Below the pieces are notes generated by a model that ran no database searches, was not told the DNA's origin, and worked only from the letters and a program-made list of their open reading frames with translations. Below are positions 37,303 to 49,656 of a DNA stretch of 64,000 nucleotides, piece after piece. Made by a program: the position numbers and the translations under genes. Source of the DNA: Phyllosticta citribraziliensis (Eukaryota); assembly GCF_038025025.1 (NCBI RefSeq), contig NW_027117342.1, positions 2,170,001-2,234,000 of the forward strand, in the 5' to 3' direction. Position 1 is the stretch's first letter. Every line of letters begins with the position of its first letter.

Positions 37303-38281
37303 ATGGTTGCCCAAAACCTCGCCCAGGGTACGCACATGCACGCGTACAACACCCCCAGGGAGCATGTCGGCACCCAGACCGTTTGCGAGACTTGCAACAC
37401 GACCATGAGGACTTGCGACTGGCCTGCGCATAAAAGAGGCAAAAAGCACGACAAGGCCTTGAAAAAGAACGCGAAGGATGCAGCCGATGCTCTCGCCGCT
37501 GAGCGCATCGCCACGTCTTGGGGCGACGAGGCCAATGAGGCCGCTGCCAACGACTCTGCTGCTGCCAATGACCACGGCAGGCCAAGCAGCGACCGCGCCT
37601 GTCGCAACTGCGGCCAAGAGGGCCATTTCTCCAGGGACTGCACTGAGCCTCGCTCCGGCGGCGGCGGTGGTGGTGGAGCCTGTCACAACTGCGGCCAAGA
37701 GGGTCACTTCGCCAGGGACTGCCCTGAGCCTCGCTCCGGCGGCGGCGGCGGTAGGGCCTGTCGCAACTGCGGCTCGACCGATCACCTGGCGAGGGAATGT
37801 CCTGAACGTTCCGCTCCCACCTGCCACAAGTGCAAACAGCCCGGCCACATCTCCAAGGACTGCAGCGTCATCAAGTGCGACAACTGCGACGCGGATGATC
37901 ACGAGTGGAAGCAATGCCCGCTGAAGAAGAACTGGGAGAAGATCATGGCCGACTGGAAGTGCAAGAACTGCGAGAAGAGTAAGTTTGAGGAGGGTTCAGG
38001 ATTTTTGCACCCAAGCGCTAACAAATGGTTCAGAGGGCCACTCCGCGAAGAAGTGCCCCAATCCCACTGTGGGCGGATCCGGATTCGGCGGTGACAGCGG
38101 CAACGGTGGATTCGGCAATGCTGCCAGCTACGGCAACGCGGGTGGCTTCGAAAACGGTGGCTCCAACAACGGTGGCTTCAACAGCGGTGGCTTTGACAAC
38201 GCTGCTGTCGCCGACGGTGCTACGGCATCTTCCAGTTGGGACACCACTCCTGCTGCGGACAACGGAAATCAGTGGGCCTGA
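37303..38281 (+). CDS. Multi zinc-knuckle (CCHC x6) nucleic-acid-binding protein (CnjB/Byr3/Gis2-like) with an N-terminal C2H2-type finger
   Basis: Six CX2CX4HX4C knuckles, the last completed by intron 37979-38033. N-terminal CETC...WPAHKRGKKH finger and a GGF/N-rich tail. A 5' UTR intron lies at 37204-37271. Confidence 0.85.
37597..37773 (+). repeat. Intragenic tandem duplication of a knuckle-plus-Gly-linker unit (about 80 bp, 2.2 copies)
   Basis: gcctgtcRcaactgcggccaagagggYcaYttcKccagggactgcMctgagcctcgctccggcggcggcggt is repeated almost identically. Confidence 0.85.
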
Positions 38282-39082
38282 TAGAGGACGACGCGCATTG
38301 TGCTTGGCCGAAACTCGACCTGGGACAGACAAACGCAGCTCAGCTCCGCATGTGTACAATTACTGGATCTGTCGCTCACAGATGGATCATGATCGGGCAA
38401 AAGGGAATGGGGTGGAAGGGTGCAAAAAGACTGACTCGGCTTAGAGATTCTTTGCTGTAATCCATTGGCTCGAGTTCTAAAACCACAAAAACAATCTCAT
38501 GTTCAACCGGATGCTTGTTTCACAATCATGCCTTGTGCCCATGTCTTACAGCCTGTCTTGGTGACCTTCTGCTCAGTCAAGGCGCTAACATGCCCAGCAA
38601 ATTGATTGCCATCCTCTGCCTTCCGCCGATTCCGCGTGTTGTACTTTGCTTGATTCCAAAATCCATAACACACACAGCAGCAACACCTATCAAAGAAATG
38701 CAACCTCCCACATGCTCCTCTCCAAATCCCATGCGTTCGTTTGCCGTAAGACCACATTTCTGACAACATGCCTTAATGCAAGAATTTCATTCTGACAATC
38801 GATTAGACTAGACCACACACTCCCTTCATAGCTCTGCGCTGTCACCAATCTAGATACCGCATGCCCAGTCTCAACCCCAGAAACGCCCAACGCCGCATCA
38901 AAAGCCATTGCAAGACATTTCCTTGTCGTAAAAATCATAAACACCCCGCATTATCCCACGCCCGTCCTACCTTGGTCCGTCCGTCCAATGCCCGGGGTAT
39001 CTCTGATGCGCGTGGAGAAAGATAGAAAACTACGAAAAAAAGGAGACGTGGCACAGTGGGATGGCGATGCTGCTGCTGCCGC

Positions 39083-41016
39083 TCACTCCCACGACCACCG
39101 CAGGTTGGCCGCCGCGTCGGCCTCGCTGCCCCGACTGCTCACGCTGTCGGCGCTCAACTTATTCGGATTGAGGGCTGACTGGCCGCTCTCGCGCGTGCCG
39201 CGGCGCCTCTTCCGCGCGATGATGGCCCTGCGCAGCTCCTGGCCGCCGCGCTTGGGCAGACGGCCCAGGCGGGCACGGAAGCCGCAACGTTCGCGCTCCT
39301 CGTCGGCGGGGGACCCCCAAGAACACCACGACGACCACGACGACCACCTGCAGCCGCGGGCAAAGACGGCGCTGACCTCCTCGAGCGTCATGTTGCTCGT
39401 CTCGACGTAGGTGCAGTAGATGACGGCGACGGTGAAGACGTCCCACGCGATGAAGACGGCGTAGTAGCGCCAGCCGAGGCGCGAAAAGGCGATGCCGGTC
39501 ACAAACGTGTTGTAGAAGTTTGCGACGTTGGTGGCCAAATTATACAGGCCCATGCCCTTGGCGCGCGACTCGTAGCGCAGGCACTCGACCGGGTACAGCG
39601 CCTGCAGCGGCGTCACGCCCAGGCTGTACACAAGCATGAGCAGGAAGGTCAGCGCGATGATGGCGCGCGATTGCCCCGTCGGGATGTTGTCGCTTGTCGT
39701 CGCCGCGCCGTTTGTCGCGTTGAGCGGCATCACGATGACCCAGATGAAGGCGATGGCGCTGATGGAGAAGAGCAGCTGCCGGCGGCGTCCGAGAGCGTCG
39801 CTGAACCGCGCGCCGACGAGGGCGCCCGCCAGTGCCATCAGAGTCAGCAAGGCGGTCAGGAGGAGCCGCGTGCGTGTGTTGGTGATGCCGGCTGTCAGGA
39901 GAACGGTAGGGTAGTAGTACGATGTCGACGCGTTGCCAACCCATTGGTTGAAGAAGGCAAAGGTTATCACAATAAAGGTGCGGTAGCGCACTTCGGGCGT
40001 GTTGAAGAGCTCGCGGTAGTCCCACCACCGCTTGTCAGCGCCTGTGACGGAGATGTCGTTAACCATCTCTCTGTATTCGAGCTGCACGATAGGACAGTCG
40101 CGGCGCCCTTCGCCGTGGTATTTGGTCTGTGGTTTGTCAGCCGGGTCTTCTGTCAAGTATGTCTTCCCAGAATCGCACCATGACCCTCAACGCCTCGTCG
40201 TGTCTATCGTTCGCAATCAACCACCGCGGCGTCTCGGGCACGAACGGGCTCCCCACGATCACGATGCCCGCAAAGAGAATCTGCAGCCATGAGGGGATCC
40301 GCCAGCTCTGCGGTCCGTCAATGGCGCTCGTAGCGTACGGCACAAACGTGCCAGGCAACGCCCCGACAAACCAAAAGGTGTTGTACACGCCCGTCAGCAT
40401 GCCACGGTACGCAGGATGGGCCATTTCGCTAACATAAGCGGGACCGGCAGTCGCACATATGCTGACGCCGAAGCCAAGGACAAAGCGACCTCCGATGAAT
40501 GCTCCTAGGCTGGTCGACGAGGCCTGTACGCCGGCACCCAGGATGATGATTGAGGCACCTGTGAACATTCCCCATCGACGACCAAACGTGTCGCAGGCCG
40601 GTCCTGCGGCGAAGGATCCAACGAGGTTGCCGATTTGGTAGATTGCATAGACGATTCCAGTTGTGGGAGTGCCGTTGACCGGGTCGAAGCCAAAATAGGA
40701 GCGGTACTGAGGGTAGGAGTTTATGGCGGCCATCAGAGACCCGTCATAACCGTTGATGCAGGAGTTGAGCGTGGCCAGAAGCAGAATGGCGTATAGCTGC
40801 TACCATTAGACCTGGTGCAGCATGTATGTAGGTGACGGTGGGACAACGCACTTTGAACATGGACTTTGTCCACGGCGATGGCTTTGCCTGAGCGCTTGCT
40901 GCGGCTAGGTCGTTGTTCTCGGCATTGCAGTCGTCGTCTTCCTCGCCCCATGAGAAGATGTCGTATTCTTTCCGCGCCGGGAATCCCCAGTCTCCAGTTT
41001 CCCTTGATATAGCCAT
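39083..41016 (-). CDS. MFS sugar porter, lactose permease / cellodextrin transporter-like
   Basis: Exons 41016-40852, 40796-40179, 40126-39083. Motifs NSCINGYDGSLM, DTFGRRWGM, GRFVLGFG, YVSEMAHPAYRG, PETPRWL, YPVECLRYESRAKG and VETSNMTLEE. Confidence 0.9.
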
Positions 41017-42383
41017 GGTTGGCTTTTCGGATCAGTCGGGGACATGCAAGTCGCGGAGGAACGTTGACGATGGATGAAAGGGGAGGAAGGCTATCATTGA
41101 GGGCGGGCGCGGCGGCTGGCAATAATGCTGGTCGATATATGCACAACATCCAGATGGGTCTCGTCATAATATGGCTCAAGCCTGTGTCTAGGGTCGCCCA
41201 CGACGTAGGGTCGGCCTTGGGACCCGACCACCTGGTTCAGGACTCGACATATACCAGCATCATACGACGGCCACGACAACGTACGGGCGGCAGACCCAAA
41301 ATAGCCGCGGGTCGGGTCGTCGCACAGGATGCACGCTGACAAGACTCGAGTTGCGCGGTGCCTGCGGGGTTTCGCATGCGGTTTCAGCTCCGTCGTGAGG
41401 TTGCGGGTCGGCGGTCCGAGCCTTCGGTTTGTCCAAGATCCACGATAGAGAACAGACGGTCAGGGAGCATTCGTATCGCTAAAGGAGCGCAGACATTGGC
41501 TCCCACTCTTCCAGCTCTTGGAGATGGCCATGGCAATAGGAACCAGTCAACCAAGCCCTCGGCGGACATGGATATAGGGCGCAGCCGAGTGGATGCGTTG
41601 CGTGTGCCACGACTTTCTTGTTCGTCGGTTGCAGCTGCTTCTCGCGCGGTGGCACAAGAGCAAGAAGCAGAAATTTTGGTCGACGAAACGAGCGCCCTGC
41701 AGCTCATTGCACCAATTGAAAGCAGAGTGGATGCGCGCCACAGATCTGCCAGCCACTGCTCTCGTACGATCGTTCTCTCTCCATCTCATCTCGTTGCTAT
41801 GGGTGCTTCCCGGCCGTTTGGCTTCTGCGCATCGAGTTTCTCCGTAATTGGCATCACCAAGCCACCTGCCCACGCCTCTTTTTCTTTTGGACGACGGCCT
41901 GACATGAAGCCACAACTATATCTGCACATGATGATTAGCAATAAGAGTGGACCTCGATCTTGTTGGACTCCGTCTCGACCCTCAAAAGCGTAGGCCTGCG
42001 CCATTCCTTCTAGAAATCTTCCCAGCACCGTCATTTCTCAGCGGGAGTGCTGCCTCTGAAACTTTCCCCACACCGCCCCATTATTTTGCACCTCGGTCAG
42101 TATCAGGATAGAAAAACAACGAATAGTGGCGAGAGGAGATTCGGGAAGATCGAAAGGTGGTCGTTTGGACTTGGCCAGTCAACGCGTCAACTGTGGTCTG
42201 GTTGAAGACGTCATGAGTCCCGCTGGCCCCCCTAGGCCTTCGACTGGCCCCTTCTTCTTTTCAAATATCTTGGTAAGGCGTCTGCTCAATGCGATACGAT
42301 AGTTGCTCTCCACTACACTGATTATCATACAACGTCAGATGCGTCACTTACTCATAACCCACCTACATGAAACTCCGACACAT

Positions 42384-44023
42384 TTAATCAATCAAAATCT
42401 TGCTCTCCAATTCTCCAAAATGTTCAAAGAAACTCTCAAAGAGATTCACAGCATGCTCAACGTCATGCGCACCTCCTGTTTCTCTGATGCTGTGCATGCT
42501 CAACTGCGGGTTTCCAAGGTCAAGCGTGCGGGCTCCCATCTTGGCTGCCAGCATCGGTCCAATGGTGCTACCGCAACTCGAGTCGTTGCGCACGACAAAG
42601 AGCTGCAGTGGGACACCAGTGCTCTCCGAAGACTTGTTGACATTGGTTGACGCCTTACGCGCACGACGGGCCACCTCCTGCAAAAGGACGATGCCGGGCG
42701 AGTTTGTGGCGTATCTTGCGTTGGCATTGATCTTGATGACAGTGCCCTTGTTTAGCTCTGGGCGATGTGAAGACTCGTACTTTATCGCATAGTTGGGGTG
42801 GATGGAATGGGCCATGTCTGCGGAGATGAGGAACGAGGTCGCCAGGGTTTGCTCGAATCCAGTGGCGGCATCCACTTCGACGCGCTCGTACGACTTGTCG
42901 CTGTTGTTTTCGGTGGGAGGAAGGGCAGAAAGACGCCGGATGACAGCGGGCAGAAGGTTGGAGTCGGCTCCCTGGGCGGTCTGGGAGCCAATCTCTTCAT
43001 GGTCAAAGAGACCAATGAGGCGAACTGTGGGATCGTTGTCGAGGGTCGAAGGAGATGTCAGAGACTTGATTATGCCTTCCACGCTGCAGTAAGACATCAT
43101 GAGGTTGTCCAGGCGCGCAGAAAAGATCAGCTCGTTGTTCAGGCCTCCGATGACGGATTTCTGAGTGTCGTAGAGCACCATCTCGAAGTCCTGAACCTCA
43201 GAGGGCGACACTCCGGCATGCTCTGCAATAATCTCCACAATGTACGGATGGTGCCTCTCAGAGGGTGTCTTCAATGGCTCAAAGGGTTCTTCCTCGGAAG
43301 TCTTTTCTGTAATCTCATTTTCGCTCTTGCCTTGCCTGTTGAGTTCGGCGGCGACCAGCCCGGCGATGGGGAAGAGCTGCGTCTCTTTGTTGAAGCTGAA
43401 ATCTTGGGTGCGTTCCAGGTGGATGGCGAGGGTGGGGACGCGCAAGATGGGCCGGTCGACCTTGACGAGCTTTTGCTCAAATTGGCCGTCAGACGTCTTG
43501 ACCAAGACCCTACCGGCGATGCCGAGGTCGCGATCAAACCAAGTGTGCCAGATTCCTCCACCATAGGTCTCAACGCCCACTTGCAAGAATCCGTCGGCTT
43601 GTCTCTTTGAGACGGGTTTGATGCGCAAGCACGGCGAGTCGGTGTGGGCACCGATCATGCCAATAGGGTTGCCATGCTTCCATTGCTTGCCGATGGCGAA
43701 GGCGACCAGGGAAGAGGTGTTGCGGGTCAGGTAGTATTTTCCACCTGGCTTGAGGGTCGATGACCAGGCGTCGCGTTCCTATAGAGCACGTCAGTGCGCG
43801 ACCAAGCTCAGCTCCTCGCAGTGCGGACCTTGATCTGGACGAAGCCGGCCTTTTCGAGCTTGTCAATGGACGACTTGACGGCGTGGAAAGCTGGAGGGGA
43901 GGGCGTTAGCTAGAGGCGTAAAGTGCGGGGGGCAGTGTCTGAGGCAAGGCACGGTCACGCACGGGTTGGCGAGGCGTTGACAAAGGACAGGAAGTCCTCG
44001 GCGTGTTGCAGAGAAGGAGCCAT
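42384..44023 (-). CDS. APE4: Aspartyl aminopeptidase, peptidase family M18
   Basis: Exons 44023-43963, 43890-43829, 43778-42384. Motifs FVNASPTPFHAV, GAHTDSP, WFDRDL, ARLDNL, FDHEEIGS, SADMAH, CGSTIGP and QLSMHSIRE. An in-frame upstream ATG lies at 44074. Confidence 0.95.
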
Positions 44024-44837
44024 TCTGGAGAAAGGGCGGGAAATGAGTCGCAGCGGCAGGGTGGGTGTGAGCATGCCAAAACTGGCCAGAGCTGGAGGAG
44101 ATGGAGGAGTAGAATTGTGGTGACGCAGGGCAGGGCAGGGCAGGGCGGCGGCGGGTGTAGCAGATGGACGTGGGCTGTGATTGGCTGGCGGGCGCAATAG
44201 ACGCGGACTGGACGTGTCGACGGTGAAGGATGATCAAAACAAAGAGACGGCGCGCTAGAAACACGTCCACGTCTTACACGGTGTGGTTAACAGATCGAAG
44301 GACAGCAGCAAGTCGCTCTCGTTGTCGTTGTCGTTCTCGTTGTTGAGCTGCGTTAAGGCTCGGTCGTCACTCCCGTCAGGTCTCCCCGTCAGGGCCCAGG
44401 AAGCCCGGCTTGGCTGTTATCACGACCACGACCCTTCGGTACAGTACCTTGCCTGACCGCCATCTACCTACCTTACCCACACGACTCCCCACATCACCCA
44501 GCCCGGCGCACCGTCCGCGACTGCGCGCCCCTCGCTCCATTACTCGTCGCCGTCAACCGTGGCCCGGAGAGGTCAAATGCGCGACGATTGACCTGACGCT
44601 GTGAGCTCGTCGGCCCGCTGCCGATCCGCTGTACTGCTGCTCCTCCTACAACAACAAACACCGACCTCAAGGGGTGGCTGGGCCGCTTCCAGACAACAAC
44701 TCCTCCGATTCCACCCAACCACGCCGCATTCCAACTGCTCCCGCCCTTCGCGACCGCTCACTGCCGCCGTCGGCTCGCTCCGCGCCCAGCCCGCAACCCT
44801 CGCGACCGACAAGACCAGGCCAAGGTGAAGCGCCGCC

Positions 44838-46871
44838 ATGAGGGAAGCCGACGAAGACCTGGCCCTTGGGCCCGACCAAACCCACACTCCCTCTCTCATC
44901 TCTCCTCCCGAGTCAAAAACCCCTCCGACCCAGCGCGCAAAGCGCAACCTGACTGGTGGCGGCGCGCAGGGCAATGGAACCGCCTCCGAAGCTGTCGATG
45001 CTTCGGCCCTCACCAAGGCATTGGAGAGATTCGAAGCTGCTGGTAGACGAGAGCGCACTCCGACCGGAAGTCCTAGTCGGAAGAGGCAGCGAGTTTATGG
45101 CGACAGGTCAGTGAGCCACGAGGGTCTCAACGTTCATGGTACCCCAGGTACCGCTAGGGTGCCAAAGTCGTCTGATCCGCCACTTCAGGGTCTTTGAATT
45201 TCACCAGAACCAGTCACTAACCTGAGAGCAGGTTTATTCCCAATCGCTCAGGACAGGATTTTCCTGCAAGCTTTACCCTGATGCACGAAGATGGGTCGCC
45301 TGCAACGCCCTCCAAGTCAACAAAGAAGACTCCGCACAACGACCTTCACTTCCAGAAGAGTACGTTTGGTGCACCTACAGCGTCGTTGATTGCTCGACTG
45401 ACATTTTTCTTCTAGCTGAGCAAGCGAACCGTACATTCAGTTCGCTTCTCCGTTCTGAAATGTTTGATGATACCATTCCCCAGAGTATAAACTTCGAGAC
45501 GACTACGATTCATGACCCATCTAGAGCCAAAACGCCTCCTCTCCGGAACTCTTCGCTCCCTGCTCCTGCGCTCACTCCATCAACCCCTCACAAGAACCTC
45601 TTTTCTTATGAAGCGCAACGACATCAAAGCGTTTCTGGGCATCCTACTCCACACAGGACGCCTCACCGCCATGGGCCCAATCTCAACACCATGTCAGAAA
45701 TGTATAGCCTGTCGCCGGTCAAGTACAGCAGCCAAACGATGCTCCTGAGTCCCAGAAAGACACCACGTGCAGTTCCCAAAGTACCTTACAAGGTGCTCGA
45801 TGCGCCCGAGCTGGCCGACGACTTTTATCTCAACCTTGTGGATTGGGGAAGTCAGAACATCCTCGGCGTTGGTCTTGGCCAATGCGTCTACATGTGGAAT
45901 TCATCCTCTGGGCGCGTTACCAAGCTCTGCGAACTGCAGGACGATCTTGTGACCAGCGTCAACTGGATCCAACGGGTATGTATCCATGTCCAGGGCAAGA
46001 CATTCCCGCAGCTAATCGTCGACAGGGCTCCCACCTTGCGATCGGCACTAACAAGGGTTTCGTGCAAATATGGGATGTGCAGGCTCAGCGCCGTCTCCGT
46101 ACCCTCACTGGACACACAGCAAGGGTTGGCGCCCTCGCGTGGAACGAGCATATTCTAACGTCTGGCTCCCGCGATCGGTTGATTTATCATCGCGACGTCC
46201 GCCAGCCCGACCAGTGGCTCCGGAAGCTCGTCGGCCACAAGCAGGAAGTGTGTGGCCTGAAATGGAACTGCGAGGATGGTCAGTTAGCGTCGGGCGGTAA
46301 CGACAACAAACTCATGGTTTGGGAGAATCTCAACGCGGAGCCGACATTCAAATGGAGCGAGCACTCGGCCGCCGTCAAGGCCATCGCATGGAGCCCTCAC
46401 CAACGCGGTCTCCTGGCTTCCGGAGGCGGTACTGCCGACCGAACCATCAAATTCTGGAACACGCTCATCTCTCCCCACGGCCCGTCGTCGTCGTCCCTTG
46501 CCGCTCAAGCCTACCAGAACGCCAACCCCGCCGTGCCGAATGTTCATACAACTCCAGCGAACCTTTTGTCCAGTGTCGACACTGGATCGCAAGTGTGCAA
46601 CCTCGCGTGGAGCCGCAACAGCAACGAGATTGTGTCGACCCATGGGTACAGTCAGAACCAAATCATCGTCTGGAAGTATCCGAGCATGCAGCAAGTTGTC
46701 AGCCTCACAGGCCACACCTTCCGTGTTCTCTACCTAGCAATGAGTCCAGATGGCCAGGTCATAGTCACGGGCGCCGGAGACGAAACCCTGCGATTTTGGA
46801 ACGCATTCAAGAAGAGGGACAGGCCTGCTGGAGGATTGGGAACTGTGGAAAACTGGGGAGTCATCAGGTGA
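44838..46871 (+). CDS. CDH1: APC/C activator Cdh1/Fzr/Srw1 (WD40)
   Basis: C-box DRFIPNR is formed across intron 45107-45231; further introns at 45360-45415 and 45976-46025. Motifs KVLDAPELADDFYLNLVDW, GHKQEVCGLKW and LASGGGTADR, plus a C-terminal IR tail. The Cdh1 rather than Cdc20 call rests on PYKVLDAP, VSTHGYSQNQI and GDETLRFW. Confidence 0.9.
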
Positions 46872-47898
46872 AGAGGTTACAAAAGAGTTGGGACGTGTTT
46901 GAAAGAAAAGTCTGCTCGACACAGCTTGCACGATGCGGATGCCACAGCAGCGTCTAAAACATGTGGGGTTGAGATGGAATTCCCCTCATGGAAGATTGCT
47001 TTATACGACCGACTTGGCAAACCCCAGAGAGGTTGCTTTTCTTGCTTCAGCTCGAAGAAAGGGTCTTGAGCCAGCCGCCGTTTGCTCACGCCGCCGGCTA
47101 CGAACGATTTTAGCGGCCCGCTTGCCAGAGTCACAGGCCCAAACGACCCACCCACCAACAGCCCGACCTGCGCGCCTACTTGCAGCGACGAAGTCGACGG
47201 GAGACAGAGGTGGTGGATTTGATTCATACAGCGCCAGTGCTTGAAATTTTGGCGTCGACTGTCGAAGTGCAGTCGACCAAGTGCTCAGGCTAGTGCGGCA
47301 GCAGTTAGTCGGCTTTGGGGAGAGAGGAGAGGTCTGGGGAGGGATTAGCATGAGACAACGACATGACGAAGATGGCTGCGAGATGGCTGGGGACATGGCG
47401 AAGTAGGAATAGTTGTAGATGAAGCGGAATGAAAGATAGACACGACGGACAAACAACATGGCCCATGTGACGCGTGGCGATTGGCTGCCGTGGCGCTTCC
47501 CGGTCGCTCTGCTCTCCCCACCACGACTCAGGGCTCAGCGGCATCCCTGGCTCGCGCAACGATCAGCGACACAGCGCGAACTCGACCCACCACGACCTGC
47601 AGGTTGCTCTTGTACAAAGAGCCGCCTGGCCGCCCATCTTGTCACCACGGCTCCCATTCCATCCTCCTCCGCGCGTAGTTCCGCTGCCGCTTCGCGCAAC
47701 TCGACCGCTCCTCCGTCGCCTCTCGCCATCGCCGAACAACTCACCTCTGCAAGTGCCATCCTCTTCGACCCGCGCTACACCCGCCGACCCCCGCCGACCC
47801 GCCTCAGACCTACCCACATCGCTACTCTCTCGCTCGAGAACCGCTCCGACTCCACCATCAGCATCAGGAGCTTAGGCCGAGGCCACACCGTTTCCATC

Positions 47899-48942
47899 AT
47901 GGACAAGAGACATCCATCGTCGTTCCAACAGCTGGAGAAGCTGGGCGAGGGAACCTATGCCACAGTAAGCCTCGCACGCCCGCACTCTTTCGCGACCACG
48001 TTGCTGACCGCTCAGGTATTCAAAGGCCGCAACAGGCAGACTGGCGAGTTTGTCGCGCTCAAGGAGATCCACCTCGATTCAGAGGAGGGCACACCCTCCA
48101 CTGCCATTCGCGAAATCTCGCTCATGAAGGAGCTCAAGCACGAGAACATTGTCTCGCTGCACGACGTCATCCATACCGAGAACAAGCTGATGCTCGTCTT
48201 CGAGTACATGGACAAGGACCTCAAAAAGTACATGGACTCTCGCGGCGACCGTGGCCAGCTCGACCCGGCAACCATCAAGTCGTTCATGTACCAGCTCCTG
48301 CGTGGCATCGCCTTTTGCCATGATAACCGCGTCTTGCACCGTGACCTCAAACCTCAGAACCTCTTGATCAACAACAAGGGGCAGCTCAAGCTGGCCGACT
48401 TTGGTCTGGCACGCGCTTTTGGCATCCCGGTCAATACATTCTCCAACGAGGTCGTCACCTTGTGGTACCGCGCGCCTGATGTGCTGCTCGGCTCTCGCAC
48501 CTACAACACCAGCATCGACATATGGAGTGCTGGTTGCATCATGGCTGAGATGTACACCGGTCGCCCGCTCTTCCCGGGAACCACCAACGAAGATCAGTTG
48601 CAAAAGATCTTCCGACTGATGGGCACGCCTTCTGAGCGCAGCTGGCCTGGCATCAGCCAATTTCCGGAGTACAAGCCCAACTTCCATGTTTACGCAACCC
48701 AGGATCTGCGTATGATTCTACCACAAGTCGACCAGCTCGGCTTGAATCTCCTCAGCTCGATGCTCCAACTTCGCCCCGAAATGCGTATCTCGGCTCAACA
48801 AGCATTGCAGCACCCCTGGTTTGCCGATGTCCATCAAGCCATGGCTCAGCAGCAGCAGAACAATGCGCAGCAGTTGGCGCAGCATCAGCAGGCGCACGGG
48901 CAGATGGGCAGTGGATACCAGATGGCGCAAGGTGCTTATTAA
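47899..48942 (+). CDS. PHO85: Pho85/PhoA PSTAIRE cyclin-dependent kinase
   Basis: [20 protein letters not shown] across the in-frame intron 47965-48015. Motifs [26 protein letters not shown] and [26 protein letters not shown], plus a Gln-rich tail. Confidence 0.95.
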   Translation: MDKRHPSSFQQLEKLGEGTYATVSLARPHSFATTLLTAQVFKGRNRQTGEFVALKEIHLDSEEGTPSTAIREISLMKELKHENIVSLHDVIHTENKLMLVFEYMDKDLKKYMDSRGDRGQLDPATIKSFMYQLLRGIAFCHDNRVLHRDLKPQNLLINNKGQLKLADFGLARAFGIPVNTFSNEVVTLWYRAPDVLLGSRTYNTSIDIWSAGCIMAEMYTGRPLFPGTTNEDQLQKIFRLMGTPSERSWPGISQFPEYKPNFHVYATQDLRMILPQVDQLGLNLLSSMLQLRPEMRISAQQALQHPWFADVHQAMAQQQQNNAQQLAQHQQAHGQMGSGYQMAQGAY

Positions 48943-49152
48943 GATGATCCAGCATCTCTGTGCCCCTCCGTTCCTCTGCCTTTTCTAGTCTTTCCTACAT
49001 CGCTAATACTGTGACAATTCCCAGGCGAAGTTCACGAGGGACAAGGCATCTACTACAATCACTACTACCCCTACGGTAGAGGATACGGTGCACCCCATCG
49101 CTAAGGCTGCCTCGTCGAATTTCGGTCATTTCATCATTTTCCTCAGACTGCA

Positions 49153-49656
49153 TCATTCATCAAGTCGGATCCAGCCTTCCGGATCAGAGGGCTTGCTAAG
49201 GGTTGGCGTGCCAGAGCTGATCAGACCTGGATCACTTGGATTGCCCAGAGCCATGAATCTACTGATCAGCCTGTGGTCTGATGCGAAATTGGTTGACACA
49301 ATTGTTGTGGCCAAATATCGGGATGAATCCTCAAGACACGCAACAACGCCTATGCACATACCCTCGAACAATTCACACAGCGGGTATGCCATGCGGGATA
49401 CCTTTCGAAGACAGACGAGGATGAGCGTCAGCGATGAAGTGAGCAAACGGACAGCGCCAGGGAAGAGGGCGGGCGTTTTGTGGCTTGAAAGAAAATCCCA
49501 CAACGTCCATTCTCACCTCCCTCCATATTTGCCTGCTCGTTAGTTCCTTGTGCTTCTCTAAGAGCACGCTCACATGGACATCTGCCTGAGCGAACTGTCC
49601 ATCGCCAGGTTTCTTTGGCCCCTCTGATGTTGTTTTGCTCTCAATTTTTCAATCAT
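49153..49656 (-). CDS. Candidate small multi-exon gene (about 87 aa) or spliced ncRNA, not in the ORF track
   Basis: Putative introns 49533-49573 (GTGAGC..ACTAAC..CAG), 49402-49516 (GTGAGA..GCTGAC..AAG) and 49278-49361 (GTATGT..CAG) join into one frame: MIEKLRAKQ...MQIWREVSRMAYPLCELFEDHRL...WIRLDE. Confidence 0.3.

Noticed and set aside
41358..41993. 211-aa plus-strand ORF between the sugar transporter and APE4
   Set aside because: GTG start, no recognisable motif, and it lies in the expected promoter of the transporter.
45107..45231. Stwintron (nested intron) in CDH1 intron 1, suggested by overlapping GTCAGTGAGC donors
   Set aside because: The internal intron would be only about 38 nt with a weak branch site, and a single GTCAGT..CTAAC..CAG intron already restores the C-box.
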